Source: Candidatus Latescibacterota bacterium (GTDB lineage Bacteria; Latescibacterota; UBA2968; UBA8231). From it: a stretch of 64,000 nucleotides of DNA. The notes below the pieces were generated by a model, which saw nothing but the letters and a program-made list of their open reading frames with translations, was not told the DNA's origin and ran no database searches. Below, one piece after another: positions 9,558 to 20,340 of the stretch (its first letter is position 1; the number at the start of each line of letters is the position of its first letter). The stretch is from the NCBI GenBank assembly GCA_965203355.1, contig OZ241889.1:2240001-2304000 (forward strand). The letters are read 5' to 3'. A program made the translations under genes and the position numbers.

Positions 9558-10772
9558 TCAACTCGATCCGAGCTGACCTAAGGCCCACTCGGCGTAGTAG
9601 GAAACGGTGGCGTTGCGGTCGTGGCGCAATTTTTCGAGTTGGGCGCGGCCTTGGTCGCCGCCGATCTGGCCGAGGGCAAGGGCGGCATTGGCGCGCACGT
9701 CGGCGACTTCGTCCGCGGTGGCCGCCAGCAGGGGGCTGAGGGCCGATTGTACACGTGCTTGACCGAGGACTTGCGCCGCGCCGGCGCGGGCGAGCGGGTC
9801 CGCGGCGCCGAGCGCGGCTATAAGCTGCGCTTCAACGGCCCCGGATTGTTGCTGGACGTTGGTGAGAAACTTGACGGCATTGGCGCGGAGGATGGAGTCG
9901 GTATTGCGCAGGGCCTCGAAGAGAAACTCAATGCCTTGGCTGCGCCCCATGGAGGCTAAGGCCGCGGCCGTGCTAAAGCGCACCTGATTGCTGGGGTCGT
10001 CGAGCAGGTCGGCTAGCGCGGCCGCGGCGCCTTCGTCGCCGATGTAGCCGAGGGCTTGCGCGGCGTACTGGCGGTGGGCTGGCTCCTCGGCCTCTAGCTG
10101 AATGACGAGCTGGTCCTTGACCTTGGCTATCACCGAGCGCAGCGCGTCTTGGTGCGGACCGGCGCGGCCGCTCAATTCCACGAGTAGCGGGACGCCAAAG
10201 TAGCCGGATTCTTCTAGCCCGTGCAGGGCGGCTTGGGCCAACGCTGGGTCGCTGCTGGCTAGGGCCGCTTTGATGTGACTGGTGCCGAGTTGGTCGTCCA
10301 TTTTGAGCAGGGCAATGGCCGCGTGGATGCGGATGATGGGGTCGTCGTCGTCGAGCTGGACTTTGGCTGCATCCACGCCCGCTTGGACGTAGCCCACTTC
10401 GCCTATGGCCCACAGACAGGCGATGCGCTCGCGGTCTGTGTACGCGGTGGTGATCCGGTCCTTGAGCGCGGCCGTGGCTCCGCGCGGCTTGATGTGGCCT
10501 AGCACTCGGGCACAGCCGATGCGGAGCTTTTCCTGTTCGTCGCGGAACTCGCGGTAGTTCTCGCCGAGGTACAAGTCGGGGTTGAGGCGGGCGATGAGCT
10601 GGCGGGTGGCCGGCCGGCCCATGGCGGCCAAGTCGTCGATGGCTTGCTGATAAGCCGGCGAGTCGACCGGATTGGCCGCAAGCTGTTCTAGGCGCTCGAC
10701 GACCTGCTCTTCAGTGGTGCTACAGGCGCTGAGGCTCAATAAAAGCAGATACGTTAGGCACTTGGCGATCAT
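9558..10772 (-). CDS. HEAT-repeat lipoprotein
   Basis: Lipobox LSAC; repeated L.D....VR..AA.ALG units. Confidence 0.85.
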   Translation of the reverse strand: MIAKCLTYLLLLSLSACSTTEEQVVERLEQLAANPVDSPAYQQAIDDLAAMGRPATRQLIARLNPDLYLGENYREFRDEQEKLRIGCARVLGHIKPRGATAALKDRITTAYTDRERIACLWAIGEVGYVQAGVDAAKVQLDDDDPIIRIHAAIALLKMDDQLGTSHIKAALASSDPALAQAALHGLEESGYFGVPLLVELSGRAGPHQDALRSVIAKVKDQLVIQLEAEEPAHRQYAAQALGYIGDEGAAAALADLLDDPSNQVRFSTAAALASMGRSQGIEFLFEALRNTDSILRANAVKFLTNVQQQSGAVEAQLIAALGAADPLARAGAAQVLGQARVQSALSPLLAATADEVADVRANAALALGQIGGDQGRAQLEKLRHDRNATVSYYAEWALGQLGSS

Positions 10773-10832
10773 GGTCTATGGCGGGTTAGAGGTGGCAGAA
10801 TGCGGATAAGGTAAGCCGCGAGACGCCATAAA

Positions 10833-13064
10833 TCAATTCTTGGCGGCAGGAGGCCCCTCGGCTGTGATAAACACTTGGGGCGTCGTCCAAGTCACCGCGT
10901 GATCGGCCAAACTCTGCTCGAAGAACTTGCGCACCTGACGCAATTCACCTTCGTCGAGATGTTGAGCCAGATGGTGGGCATACGTGTGCCGCTTCTCGCC
11001 GCCGGGATTGAACCAATGGGCGAGATGGCGCGGCTCAACGTGCCGCTGCGACTGGGCCGCTTCCACCCGCACCTGCACCGCGCTAAAGCCCGCGGCCGCG
11101 AACATTTGTTTGAGATCCGCGGCGTCCCAGTTGACGCGCGGGTTGTCGGGCGCCGCGTAAATGGCCTCTTCGGCCACGACGAGACGATCGCCGAGGGTGC
11201 CGAGTTGCTGTAAATCGAGCAACTGGTACAAGCGCTGCGACTGGCGCGAGAGGGTCTCGACCAAGCTGACGCGACCCTGCGGAGCGAGGTAGCGATGCAG
11301 CGCGGCGATGACTTCTGCCTTGTGTGCGAGCGCGCCGAGGGCATTGCGCCCGATGATGGCGTCAAAGAGGATGTCGGGATTGTGGCCGGCGAGCTGGTCG
11401 GCGAGGGTGGCAAGCGGACCTTGCAGCACTTGGGGACGCTCGACCTCGGCCAAGTGGGCCGCGATTTCGTGCAGTGCTACGGCCGCGATCTTGTCGCTGG
11501 TGTGCGCCCAGACGCCGCCTTCGGGTACGCGCCGCAGGGCTTCCCAAGTGAGTAATCCGGTGTCCGCTTCCAAGTCGAGGACGAGATGGTGGCGGGCGAG
11601 CGCAAGCGGCGCGAAAAGGCGTTGGCGCGTGCGCTCTAGCTGGGAGCCAATGTCGCCGCTGGCGCGCTTGAGCCACTGGTCGCGCACTGGGTCTGGTGGA
11701 GACAGAGACAGCACCTCGGCCGAAGCGGACTCGGCTTCGCGCATGGCGGCGAGCTGTAGTTCGCGGCGTTGGCGGACGCGGTCGCCGTGCTCTTTTTCGC
11801 GGCCTTGAGCCGAGGGCTGGTAGAAGACGCGGCCTTGCAGACCGGCGGGCAGGTACTGCTGGGCAACCCAGTGCTCGCGGTAGGCGTGGGGGTAGAGATA
11901 ACCGGCGCCGTGGCCAAAGCCCTCGCTGTCGCGGCTGGCGTCTTTGAGGTGATTGGGCACCTCGCCTTCGCGCTCTTTTTCGACAACCGCTAGCGCGTCG
12001 AAGAAGGCCATAGTCGAGTTGCTCTTGGGCGCGGTGGCCAAGTACAAAGCGGCATGGGCCAGCGGAAAACGCCCTTCGGGCAGGCCGATGCGGTCGAAGG
12101 ATTCAGCCGCGGCCATGACGACTTGTACGGCGTGCTCATCGGCGAGGCCGACGTCCTCGCTGGCGAAGATGAGCATGCGGCGGAAGAGAAAGCGCGGGTC
12201 TTCACCGGCGTACACCATCCGCGCCAGCCAGTAGAGCGTGGCGTCTGGGTCGGAGCCGCGCATGGATTTGATAAAGGCGCTGATGGCGTCGAAGTGGTAG
12301 TCGCCCTCCTTGTCGTAGAGCAGGGCGCGGCGCTGGATGGATTCCTCCGCTACCGCTAAGTCGATGGCGATTCGCCCTTGGGTATCTGGATCGGTGGTTT
12401 CGACCGCTAGCTCTAGGGCGTTGAGTAAGGCGCGGGCGTCGCCGTTGGCCACGTCGATGAGGTGGGCGAGGGCTTCGGGGTGCAGGGCGACGCGGAGATG
12501 GCCATAGCCGCGCGCGTCGGCGAGGGCCTGTTGGGCGATGTGGGCGAGGGCTTCGGGGCTGAGGCCCAGTAGTTGAAAAACCCGACTGCGCGAGAGCAGG
12601 GGGCGGTTGACCGAAAAGTAGGGATTCTCGGTGGTCGCGCCGATGAGGATGACGGTGCCGTTTTCAACCCAAGGCAGGAGCGCGTCTTGCTGGGCCTTGT
12701 TGAAGCGGTGGACTTCGTCGATGAAGAGGATGGTTTTGCGGTTGTGCAGCTTGCGCAACTGGCTGGCTTCATCGACCGCTTGGCGAATGTCGGCGACGCC
12801 GGCTAAGACCGCGTTGATGGAGATAAAATGGGCGCGGGTGGTTTGGGCGATGACGGCGGCGAGCGTGGTTTTGCCCGTGCCGGGCGGGCCGTAGAAAATC
12901 AGCGAGGAGAGTTGATCGGCCTCAATGGCGCGCCGCAGCAGGCGACCCGGCCCGAGAATGTGGTCTTGACCGACGTATTCGTCTAAATGGCGCGGCCGCA
13001 GGCGAGCGGCTAGGGGTTGGTCGGCTGCTTGGCGATCCCGCAGTCCAGCGTCGAAAAGATCCAT
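10833..13064 (-). CDS. rarA: Replication-associated recombination protein RarA/MgsA with C-terminal methyltransferase-like domain
   Basis: [51 protein letters not shown]; C-terminal [11 protein letters not shown]. Confidence 0.92.
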   Translation of the reverse strand: MDLFDAGLRDRQAADQPLAARLRPRHLDEYVGQDHILGPGRLLRRAIEADQLSSLIFYGPPGTGKTTLAAVIAQTTRAHFISINAVLAGVADIRQAVDEASQLRKLHNRKTILFIDEVHRFNKAQQDALLPWVENGTVILIGATTENPYFSVNRPLLSRSRVFQLLGLSPEALAHIAQQALADARGYGHLRVALHPEALAHLIDVANGDARALLNALELAVETTDPDTQGRIAIDLAVAEESIQRRALLYDKEGDYHFDAISAFIKSMRGSDPDATLYWLARMVYAGEDPRFLFRRMLIFASEDVGLADEHAVQVVMAAAESFDRIGLPEGRFPLAHAALYLATAPKSNSTMAFFDALAVVEKEREGEVPNHLKDASRDSEGFGHGAGYLYPHAYREHWVAQQYLPAGLQGRVFYQPSAQGREKEHGDRVRQRRELQLAAMREAESASAEVLSLSPPDPVRDQWLKRASGDIGSQLERTRQRLFAPLALARHHLVLDLEADTGLLTWEALRRVPEGGVWAHTSDKIAAVALHEIAAHLAEVERPQVLQGPLATLADQLAGHNPDILFDAIIGRNALGALAHKAEVIAALHRYLAPQGRVSLVETLSRQSQRLYQLLDLQQLGTLGDRLVVAEEAIYAAPDNPRVNWDAADLKQMFAAAGFSAVQVRVEAAQSQRHVEPRHLAHWFNPGGEKRHTYAHHLAQHLDEGELRQVRKFFEQSLADHAVTWTTPQVFITAEGPPAAKN

Positions 13065-13202
13065 GCTTTACCTCCGGGAAAGGAAGGCGTGAACCAAGAA
13101 CATAACGACTTAGTTGAACCGCGTGAACCCTTCCGCGCATAGCGGCTAGGCCGTCTCTTCTTTATGTTTTCTGAGAAAGCAATTTTACGCTGGAGAGACT
13201 GG

Positions 13203-14324
13203 GTGAAAATTACTCATTTGGAACTACACTCGGTGGCGGCATCGCCCCGCGGCAACTGGCTCTTCGTCCAACTCCACACCGACGTCGGGCTGAGTGGGCT
13301 GGGCGAAGCGAGCCAGAGCGGCAACGACGGCTTGGTCGCGGCCGCGCTGGAGCAATTGGGGCCTCGGTTGGTGGGGGCGGACCCGACGCAAGTAGAAGTG
13401 TTGTGGGAGCGCTTGGCGCGGGGCTCGGCGATTTTTTCGGGTGACGCGGGGCGCGTTGGATCTACGGCGCACAGCGCGATTGACCAAGCCCTGTGGGATT
13501 TGGCTGGCAAAGCACTTGGAGTGCCGGCTTGGCGCTTGCTGGGCGGCAAGCGGCGCGATGCGGTGCGCTTGTACGCCAATCTCAATCGCGGCACCCGCGA
13601 CCGCCGTCCATCGGGATTTGCCGATGCGGCGCGCCGAGCGGTTGACGCTGGCTTTGGCGCGGTCAAGAGCACGCCTTTTGACGAGGTGCATTGGCAGCGG
13701 ATGGATCGCGGAGGGGTCGAGCGCGCCGCGGACCAAGGGATTGCGCGGCTTGTGGCGACGCGGGAGGCCATTGGCGACGAAATCGAACTGCTGGTGGATT
13801 GTCATCAGCGCTTTGACTTGGCCTTGGCTTTTAAGGTGGCCGAAAAGGTGCGGCCGCTCAATCTTTACTGGTTTGAGGAGCCCGTGCCGCGCGACCAAGT
13901 CGATGCGTTGCGCCAGTTGCGGCTGCACTCGGGCCAGACTATTGCCGGGGGCGAGGCCCTCGTCGGCCGCGCGGGTTTTTGGCCCTACATTGCCCAAGGA
14001 GCCGTGGATGTGCTAATGCCGGATGTCAAACACGCCGGTGGCATTACCGAATGTCGGCGCATTGCTGCGCTGGCCGAAATAGCGCAGATGCCGATTGCGC
14101 CCCACAGCCCGGCTGGTCCGGTATCGACGATGGCCGGGGTACACCTAGCGGCGACGGTTGCCAACTTCACGGTGCTCGAATACGCGTTTGGCGAGGTGGA
14201 TTGGCGCGGCGGGTTGGTGCGTCCGGCAGAAACCATAATCGACGGTCACATCGCGGTGCCGGACGCGCCCGGTTTGGGCATTGAACTCGACGAAGCGGTG
14301 CTTAGAGCGCACCAGGTGCCATAA
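13203..14324 (+). CDS. Mandelate racemase/muconate lactonizing enzyme family protein (galactonate dehydratase-like)
   Basis: SAIDQALWDL.GK, VDCH, WFEEP, GGE, PDVKHAGG, APH, PGLGIE; GTG 13203 after GGAG. Confidence 0.88.
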   Translation: MKITHLELHSVAASPRGNWLFVQLHTDVGLSGLGEASQSGNDGLVAAALEQLGPRLVGADPTQVEVLWERLARGSAIFSGDAGRVGSTAHSAIDQALWDLAGKALGVPAWRLLGGKRRDAVRLYANLNRGTRDRRPSGFADAARRAVDAGFGAVKSTPFDEVHWQRMDRGGVERAADQGIARLVATREAIGDEIELLVDCHQRFDLALAFKVAEKVRPLNLYWFEEPVPRDQVDALRQLRLHSGQTIAGGEALVGRAGFWPYIAQGAVDVLMPDVKHAGGITECRRIAALAEIAQMPIAPHSPAGPVSTMAGVHLAATVANFTVLEYAFGEVDWRGGLVRPAETIIDGHIAVPDAPGLGIELDEAVLRAHQVP

Positions 14325-14933
14325 ATGTTTTGTTCGCTAGCGGAAGCGATCGCGGATTTTCGCGCCGGGCAGTTTTTGGTCTTAGTCGATGCGCAAGAGC
14401 GCGAAGACGAAGGCGACCTGATCTTGGCCGCTGAGCGCGTTTCTGCGGCTAAGATCAATCGGATGCTGCAAGAAGCGCGCGGTCTGCTGCACTTGGCCAC
14501 GACCGAGGCGCATCTAGCGCGGCTCGGCGTGGGGTTGATCGAGCCGCACAACGCCGATTGGACGACGCCGCGCTTCGGCCTCCCCTTTGACGCGCGCGCT
14601 GGGATTGAAACCGGCGTCTCGGCGGCCGATCGCACCACGTCCATTCAGCGCGCCTTGGATCCGGCTACCGGCCCGGAGGACATCGTCATTCCCGGACATG
14701 TATTTCCCTTGGCCGCGCGCCCGGAGGGCTTGCTCAGCCGCCAAGGACACACCGAAGGCGCAGTGGAGTTAGCTCGTCAAGCCGGGCTTTTTCCAGCGGC
14801 TGTCATGTCCGAAGTGATGACCGCGGATGGCGCGATGGCCAAAGGCCAGCAACTCGTGGATTTTGCCGCGCGCTTGGGTTGCCGCTTAATCGCCGTGGAG
14901 CAACTCCACCAAGCCGTGCTGGGTGAAATATAG
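14325..14933 (+). CDS. ribB: 3,4-dihydroxy-2-butanone-4-phosphate synthase
   Basis: REDEGDL, TGVSAADR, PGHVFPL, RQGHTE motifs. Confidence 0.92.
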   Translation: MFCSLAEAIADFRAGQFLVLVDAQEREDEGDLILAAERVSAAKINRMLQEARGLLHLATTEAHLARLGVGLIEPHNADWTTPRFGLPFDARAGIETGVSAADRTTSIQRALDPATGPEDIVIPGHVFPLAARPEGLLSRQGHTEGAVELARQAGLFPAAVMSEVMTADGAMAKGQQLVDFAARLGCRLIAVEQLHQAVLGEI

Positions 14934-14991
14934 GAATTGAGCAAAAGTTGGGTCCCTTCGCCCTGCTCCTCATCGCTCCTTTGAGAATCCC

Positions 14992-17118
14992 ATGTACCAT
15001 CTCGTCCTGCTCCTCACTTTAGTTCTCTGGGGTCGGCTCAATGCCGCCGATCATCCGGTACAGGCCAGACTTTTGGCCGATGTAGATGCCGTGGTGCCCG
15101 GCCAGTCCTTTCGGCTGGGGGTCGAGCTGAGGATGGAGGAGCAATGGCACACCTACTGGATGTTTAGCGGCGACGCTGGCTTGCCCATCGAAGTCGAGTG
15201 GCAGGTACCGGCCGGGGTCGCGACCGGGCCGTTGCAATGGCCCTTGCCCAACAAATTCGTCGAACCGGGGGAGTTGGTGGTCTATGGGTACACCGACGAA
15301 GTGCTGCTCATGGCCGAGGCTAGCGCGCCAACGGCGCTATCAGCGGGGGATACACTGCACCTGGCAGCCGAGGTTTCTTGGCTGGTGTGCCGCGAGTTGT
15401 GCATCCCCGGGGAGGCGTCATTGGCGTTGGCATTGCCGGTCGGGGCTGTCGGCAAGCCGAATGCCCAGCAGGCGCGATTTGACCGCTATGCAGCGCGGGT
15501 CCCGGGCGCGTTGGACAAGCGCGTTGCGGTAGAACTGGCCGTGCGGGGCGAGCGGGCTGTGGAGGTCGACGTGCGCCTGGCCCACGAGGATAAGGTTTTC
15601 GAGCCGGGCGAACAGGTGCCCGACTTTTATCCGCTGGCCGCCGACGATTTTGCGCTTTCCACTCGGCGGCTAGCCGCCGATCACCTCGTGCTGTCTGTCA
15701 GTCCCGAAGGCGCCGCCGCCGTTGATACGTTGCACGGCGTGCTTGTCTATGGGCTAGATGGCGCAGTGCAAGCCGGGACGCTGGCCTTGGATTTGCGCGC
15801 TGCGCCGCGCCAAGAGGCGGGCATCTTGGCGCGGGATTATCGCGCGGCCAGCGGGAAGGTCGCCCGGTCGCTGTGGGTTTATATCGCCTTTGCGGCATTG
15901 GGTGGGTTAATCCTCAACTTGATGCCCTGCGTGTTGCCGGTCATCTCGCTCAAGGTGCTCGGCTTTGTCAAGCAAGCGGGCGAGGAGACCAAGCGGGTGC
16001 GGCAGCTTGGGTGGGCGTTTTGTGCCGGGATTGTGACTACTTTTTTGCTGCTGGCACTCGCGGTGCTTTTAGTCAAAAGCAGCGGTGAGCAGATCGGCTG
16101 GGGCTTTCAGTTTCAGTACCCGGGTTTTGTGGTGGCGATGAGTGCCTTGGTTTTTGCATTGGCCTTGAGTCTGTTCGGCATCTATGAAATCCTGCTGCCG
16201 GGCACCAGTGGCTTGGGGGGGCTAGCGGGACGCGAGGGGTTGACGGGGTCTTTTCTCAACGGCGTGCTGGCGACGATTTTGGCCACGCCCTGCACGGCGC
16301 CCTTTTTGGGGACCGCGCTGGGGTTTGCCTTTGCCCAGTCGGCTGGCGTTGTCATCGCGGTCTTTTTGGCGATTGGCGCGGGTATGGCGTGTCCCTATGT
16401 GGTGCTGGTGCTCAAACCGGCGTGGATCGGGGGCTTGCCCAAGCCCGGGCCTTGGATGGTGCGTTTCAAGCAGTTAATGGGCTTTTTGCTGATGGCCACG
16501 GTGCTGTGGTTACTCTGGGTCTTAGGCAAGCAGGTCGGAGTCGAAGGTGTGGTGTGGACCGGGGCCTTTTTGCTGGGGCTGGGGCTGGCCTGTTGGGTCT
16601 GGGGTCAATGGGGTAGTTTTCTGCATCCCAACCCCGCAAAACTACGGGCCCGAGCGGCGGCACTGGGGCTGGTTGCGGGCAGCTATGCGATCTTTGTCCA
16701 TCCGCTGCTGGCCGTCGAGCAGACTCTATCCGCGCAGGCCGATGCGTCAGCCTTGGACTGGCAGCCGTTTAGCGCCGAGCGCGTCGAGGCGTTGGTCGCT
16801 GGCGGGCAGATGGTCTTTATCGACTTTACGGCTGAATGGTGCTGGACGTGCAAGGTCAACGAGCGGGTAGTGCTGTCGCAGCAAGTGGTACGCGAGCGAT
16901 TCGCCGCGCACAATGTGGCGTTAGTCAAAGCCGATTGGACCAATCGCAATCCCGAGATCACGCAGCTCTTGCGCGCCTTTGGGCGCTCAGGCGTACCCCT
17001 GTACGCGATTTTTCCCGCCGGTCTCATCGACCAGCCGCTGGTGTTGCCCGAGGTTATTACGGCAGAAATGGTCGTTGAAAAACTAGACGCGGCCGCCGCC
17101 CTTGCCAGCGGCAACTGA
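14992..17118 (+). CDS. dsbD: Protein-disulfide reductase DsbD family
   Basis: WHTYW, VCRELCIP, LNLMPCVLPV, ATPCTAPF, thioredoxin WCWTC. Confidence 0.92.
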   Translation: MYHLVLLLTLVLWGRLNAADHPVQARLLADVDAVVPGQSFRLGVELRMEEQWHTYWMFSGDAGLPIEVEWQVPAGVATGPLQWPLPNKFVEPGELVVYGYTDEVLLMAEASAPTALSAGDTLHLAAEVSWLVCRELCIPGEASLALALPVGAVGKPNAQQARFDRYAARVPGALDKRVAVELAVRGERAVEVDVRLAHEDKVFEPGEQVPDFYPLAADDFALSTRRLAADHLVLSVSPEGAAAVDTLHGVLVYGLDGAVQAGTLALDLRAAPRQEAGILARDYRAASGKVARSLWVYIAFAALGGLILNLMPCVLPVISLKVLGFVKQAGEETKRVRQLGWAFCAGIVTTFLLLALAVLLVKSSGEQIGWGFQFQYPGFVVAMSALVFALALSLFGIYEILLPGTSGLGGLAGREGLTGSFLNGVLATILATPCTAPFLGTALGFAFAQSAGVVIAVFLAIGAGMACPYVVLVLKPAWIGGLPKPGPWMVRFKQLMGFLLMATVLWLLWVLGKQVGVEGVVWTGAFLLGLGLACWVWGQWGSFLHPNPAKLRARAAALGLVAGSYAIFVHPLLAVEQTLSAQADASALDWQPFSAERVEALVAGGQMVFIDFTAEWCWTCKVNERVVLSQQVVRERFAAHNVALVKADWTNRNPEITQLLRAFGRSGVPLYAIFPAGLIDQPLVLPEVITAEMVVEKLDAAAALASGN

Positions 17119-17124
17119 GGCGCG

Positions 17125-17946
17125 GTGTTCTCAGTCGTCATTCCCGTGTACAATCGCCGCGCGTTAGTCGGCCGGGCGATCCGTTCGGTACTGGCGCAGC
17201 GGGGAGCGAACTTCGAGGTGATCGTGGTGGACGACGCCTCCGACGACGGCACACCCGAGCAGGTGCGCGAGGAATTTGGCGACGCCGTCAAAATAGTGAG
17301 TATGGCAACAAACAGCGGGGTTTCCGCCGCGCGCAATCGCGGGATCGCGGTGGCCGCCGGTGAATGGATTGCCTTGCTCGACTCGGACGACGAGTGGTTG
17401 CCCAACAAACTCGCACGCCAAGCAGCGGCCCTGCGCGAAAGCGGATTGTCGATCTGCCACACCGACGAGATCTGGATCCGCCATGGCGTGCGAGTCAATC
17501 CCCACAAACACCACCAGAAATGCGGCGGCGACATTTTTTTTCGGGCGTTACCCTTGTGTGTTATGTCGCCTTCGTCGATTGCAATTCACCGCGAGGTCTT
17601 TGCGGACGTTGGTTTGTTTGACGAATGCCTGCCGGCCTGCGAAGACTACGAACTTTGGTTGCGGATTACTTGTCGCTATGAGGTAGTATATTTGGCGGAA
17701 AAACTCATCCGCAAATACGGTGGCCACGCCGATCAGCTATCGCAGGCGCACTACGCGATGGATCGCTTCCGCGTGTACGCGCTCGACAAGCTGCTGGGTG
17801 CGGAGCCGCAACTCGCCGCCGATCGCGCGGCCGCCGCCCGCGCCATGCTGTTGCGCAAGGCGCGGATTGTCGAGCGCGGAGCCGCGAAACGCGACAATGC
17901 GGAATTGCAGCAACAGATGGGCGACTACATAGCGCGTTGGCAGTGA
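17125..17946 (+). CDS. Glycosyltransferase family 2
   Basis: SVVIPVYNR, VVDDASDD, GVSAARN, LDSDD, EDYELWLR. Confidence 0.92.
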   Translation: MFSVVIPVYNRRALVGRAIRSVLAQRGANFEVIVVDDASDDGTPEQVREEFGDAVKIVSMATNSGVSAARNRGIAVAAGEWIALLDSDDEWLPNKLARQAAALRESGLSICHTDEIWIRHGVRVNPHKHHQKCGGDIFFRALPLCVMSPSSIAIHREVFADVGLFDECLPACEDYELWLRITCRYEVVYLAEKLIRKYGGHADQLSQAHYAMDRFRVYALDKLLGAEPQLAADRAAAARAMLLRKARIVERGAAKRDNAELQQQMGDYIARWQ

Positions 17947-17955
17947 TAGGTCGCA

Positions 17956-17998
17956 ACAAAAAGCCCCTAGTCCAAGTGGACGGACTAGGGGCTTTTGT
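17956..17998. terminator. Bidirectional intrinsic terminator between convergent genes
   Basis: AAAAGCCCCTAGTCC...GGACTAGGGGCTTTT. Confidence 0.85.
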
Positions 17999-18015
17999 AG
18001 ATCGTGTGAAGCCTG

Positions 18016-18501
18016 TTATTCGCCGAGTTGTTTCTTGAGTTCCTTTAGGCTTATGGAACGGAGTTGTGCAAGGCCCGGCAGGTGCTTGCCACGCGGTTTG
18101 GATTTGCCCGCTTCCCAGCGCAGGACGGTGTTGGTGCTAACATTGAGAAACTTGCCGAGATCGGCTTGGGAGAGCTTGAGGCGCTTGCGATGCTTCTTGA
18201 TAGTGGTCGGCGAGATGCGGCTCTGTTTTCTCTTGTCGACTGTGGATGCTTTGCTGGTTTTGGCGGCTGGTTTGGCGGCTGGTTTGGCAGCTAATTTCGC
18301 CGATTTAGCGGCTGGTTTGGCGGCTGGCTTAGCCGGTTTGGCCGCGGCGGTTGCCTTTGCTGAGCCGAGTTGCTTTTCTAAGCGGGCGAGTGCATTGCGC
18401 TGGGCGCGCACTGTTTTGTTGAGATCGCGCATTTGATCTTGCACTTCTTTGCGGACGATTTTGCCGATCTCTTCTTTCAAAAGGGCTGCGAGGGTAGGCA
18501 T
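18016..18501 (-). CDS. XRE-type HTH protein with N-terminal coiled coil and AAKP-repeat linker
   Basis: MPTLAALLKEEI...; AAKPAKPAAKP repeats; LSQADLGKFLNVSTNTVLRWEAG HTH. Confidence 0.85.
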   Translation of the reverse strand: MPTLAALLKEEIGKIVRKEVQDQMRDLNKTVRAQRNALARLEKQLGSAKATAAAKPAKPAAKPAAKSAKLAAKPAAKPAAKTSKASTVDKRKQSRISPTTIKKHRKRLKLSQADLGKFLNVSTNTVLRWEAGKSKPRGKHLPGLAQLRSISLKELKKQLGE

Positions 18502-18769
18502 GAAAAATCCTTTCATCTTTAAGTAAGTGTATGTATAACATTTCCAAATGTAAAACAATTATAGTATTTAGCAAGTGTGTTGCAAAACGCATGGTGCGGC
18601 TAGCAGACAGAAAGTTGAATGGACGATAGTATCGCCGCAAAAAAGTTTGTGAGACAACGCACAACACCGCGACGACATGGGTGCTGACGCGCTCAGAAAA
18701 ATCTTGCGAAATAGCACCTTGTGTAGCATGTCGTATAGCGCAAAACTCACCAAGGAAAAGGAGTGTAGT

Positions 18770-18806
18770 GCGGCGAGAATAGACCCTTTCTCGCCGCTGT
18801 TTTTTT
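18770..18806 (+). terminator. Plus-strand intrinsic terminator inside an intergenic region between two minus-strand genes
   Basis: GCGGCGAGAA-loop-TTCTCGCCGC then TGTTTTTTT. Confidence 0.6.
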
Positions 18807-18885
18807 GTGCGTCTGCGGGGCTGAGAAGAAAAAGACGCCTATTACATGCGACACATTGCGCGGGCACCCGATGGTTTTTTGCGGA

Positions 18886-20340
18886 CTAGACGTTGTAAGC
18901 CGTTGATGCTGTCGCGCCCCCGCGCCCGGTCCAGTTGGTGTGAAAGAACATGCCGCGCGGCTTGTCGGTGCGCTCATAGGTGTGGGCACCGAAGTAGTCG
19001 CGCTGGGCTTGGAGCAGGTTGGCGGGCAGGCAGGCCGAGCGGTAGCCGTCGTAGTACGCGAGGGCGCTGGCAAAGGTCGGAACCGGGATGCCGAGGATCG
19101 CCGCCGTGGCCACGACTCGGCGCCAAGACGCTTGGGTTTGCGCGAGTGCTGCGCTGAAGTACGGCGCGAGCAGCAGATTGGCCAGCGTTGGATCCGCGTC
19201 AAAGGCTTCCTTGATGCGGCCCAAAAACTGAGCGCGAATAATGCAGCCGCCGCGCCAGAGCAGGGCGATGCCACCGTAGTTGAGGTCCCAGCCATACTCG
19301 CGGGCGGCGAGGGCGAGCAACTGATAGCCTTGGGCGTAGGAACAAATTTTGGCCGCGTACAGGGCTTGGCGGATGTCGGCGACAAAAGCGTCTTTGTCGC
19401 CATTAAACGAAGCGTCTGGGCCTTGGAGAATGCTGGCGGCCGCGACGCGCTCGTCTTTGAGGAAAGAGAGGGCGCGGCTGAAAACAGCCTCGGTAATGGC
19501 GGTTACTGGAGCGCCGAGCTGCAAGGCGTCAATGCCGGTCCATTTGCCGGTGCCCTTTTGGCCCGCTGCGTCGAGGATGACATCGACCATCGGCTGGCCA
19601 GTTTCGTCGTCGATCTTGGCGAGAATATCGCCGGTGATTTCGATGAGATAGCTGTCGAGTTCGCCCGCATTCCACTGCTTGAAAATTTCGCTCTGTGCCT
19701 GCGGCTCAATGCCGAGCCCCTCGCGCATCAGGGCGTAGGCCTCGGCAATCATCTGCATGTCGCCGTACTCAATGCCGTTGTGGACCATTTTGACGTAATG
19801 GCCTGCGCCGTCGCGTCCCACCCAATCGCAGCACGGGCTGCCGTCGGCGACTTTGGCGGCAATGGCTTGGAAGAGGTCCTTGATGTGGGGCCAAGCGGCT
19901 GGGTTGCCCCCGGGCATGATGCTCGGGCCTTTGAGCGCGCCCTCCTCGCCACCGGAGACGCCCGTGCCCACGTAGAGTAAGCCTTTGGCCGCTAACGCTT
20001 GGGTGCGGCGAGTCGTGTCTTGGTAGTTGGAGTTGCCGCCGTCAATGAGGATGTCGCCGCGGTCTAGCAAGGGCACGAGTTCGGCTATGACGCGGTCCAC
20101 AGCTTGGCCGGCTTGCACCATTAGCATCACGCGGCGCGGCTTTTTAAGCTGGGCGAGCAGTTCGGCTGGCGAGTGCGTACCGATGATGGCTTGGCCGCGG
20201 GCGCGACCGGCCATAAAGGCCTTGACTTTGGTGGTTGTGCGGTTGTAAACGGCCACGGTAAAACCGCGGCTAGCCATGTTGAGGACGAGGTTTTCGCCCA
20301 TTACGGCTAGGCCGATTAGGCCGATGTCTGCTCGGCTCAT
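18886..20340 (-). CDS. gnd: NADP-dependent 6-phosphogluconate dehydrogenase
   Basis: GLAVMG, VSGGEEGA, KMVHNGIEYGDMQ, QAQRDYFGAHTY. Confidence 0.97.
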   Translation of the reverse strand: MSRADIGLIGLAVMGENLVLNMASRGFTVAVYNRTTTKVKAFMAGRARGQAIIGTHSPAELLAQLKKPRRVMLMVQAGQAVDRVIAELVPLLDRGDILIDGGNSNYQDTTRRTQALAAKGLLYVGTGVSGGEEGALKGPSIMPGGNPAAWPHIKDLFQAIAAKVADGSPCCDWVGRDGAGHYVKMVHNGIEYGDMQMIAEAYALMREGLGIEPQAQSEIFKQWNAGELDSYLIEITGDILAKIDDETGQPMVDVILDAAGQKGTGKWTGIDALQLGAPVTAITEAVFSRALSFLKDERVAAASILQGPDASFNGDKDAFVADIRQALYAAKICSYAQGYQLLALAAREYGWDLNYGGIALLWRGGCIIRAQFLGRIKEAFDADPTLANLLLAPYFSAALAQTQASWRRVVATAAILGIPVPTFASALAYYDGYRSACLPANLLQAQRDYFGAHTYERTDKPRGMFFHTNWTGRGGATASTAYNV

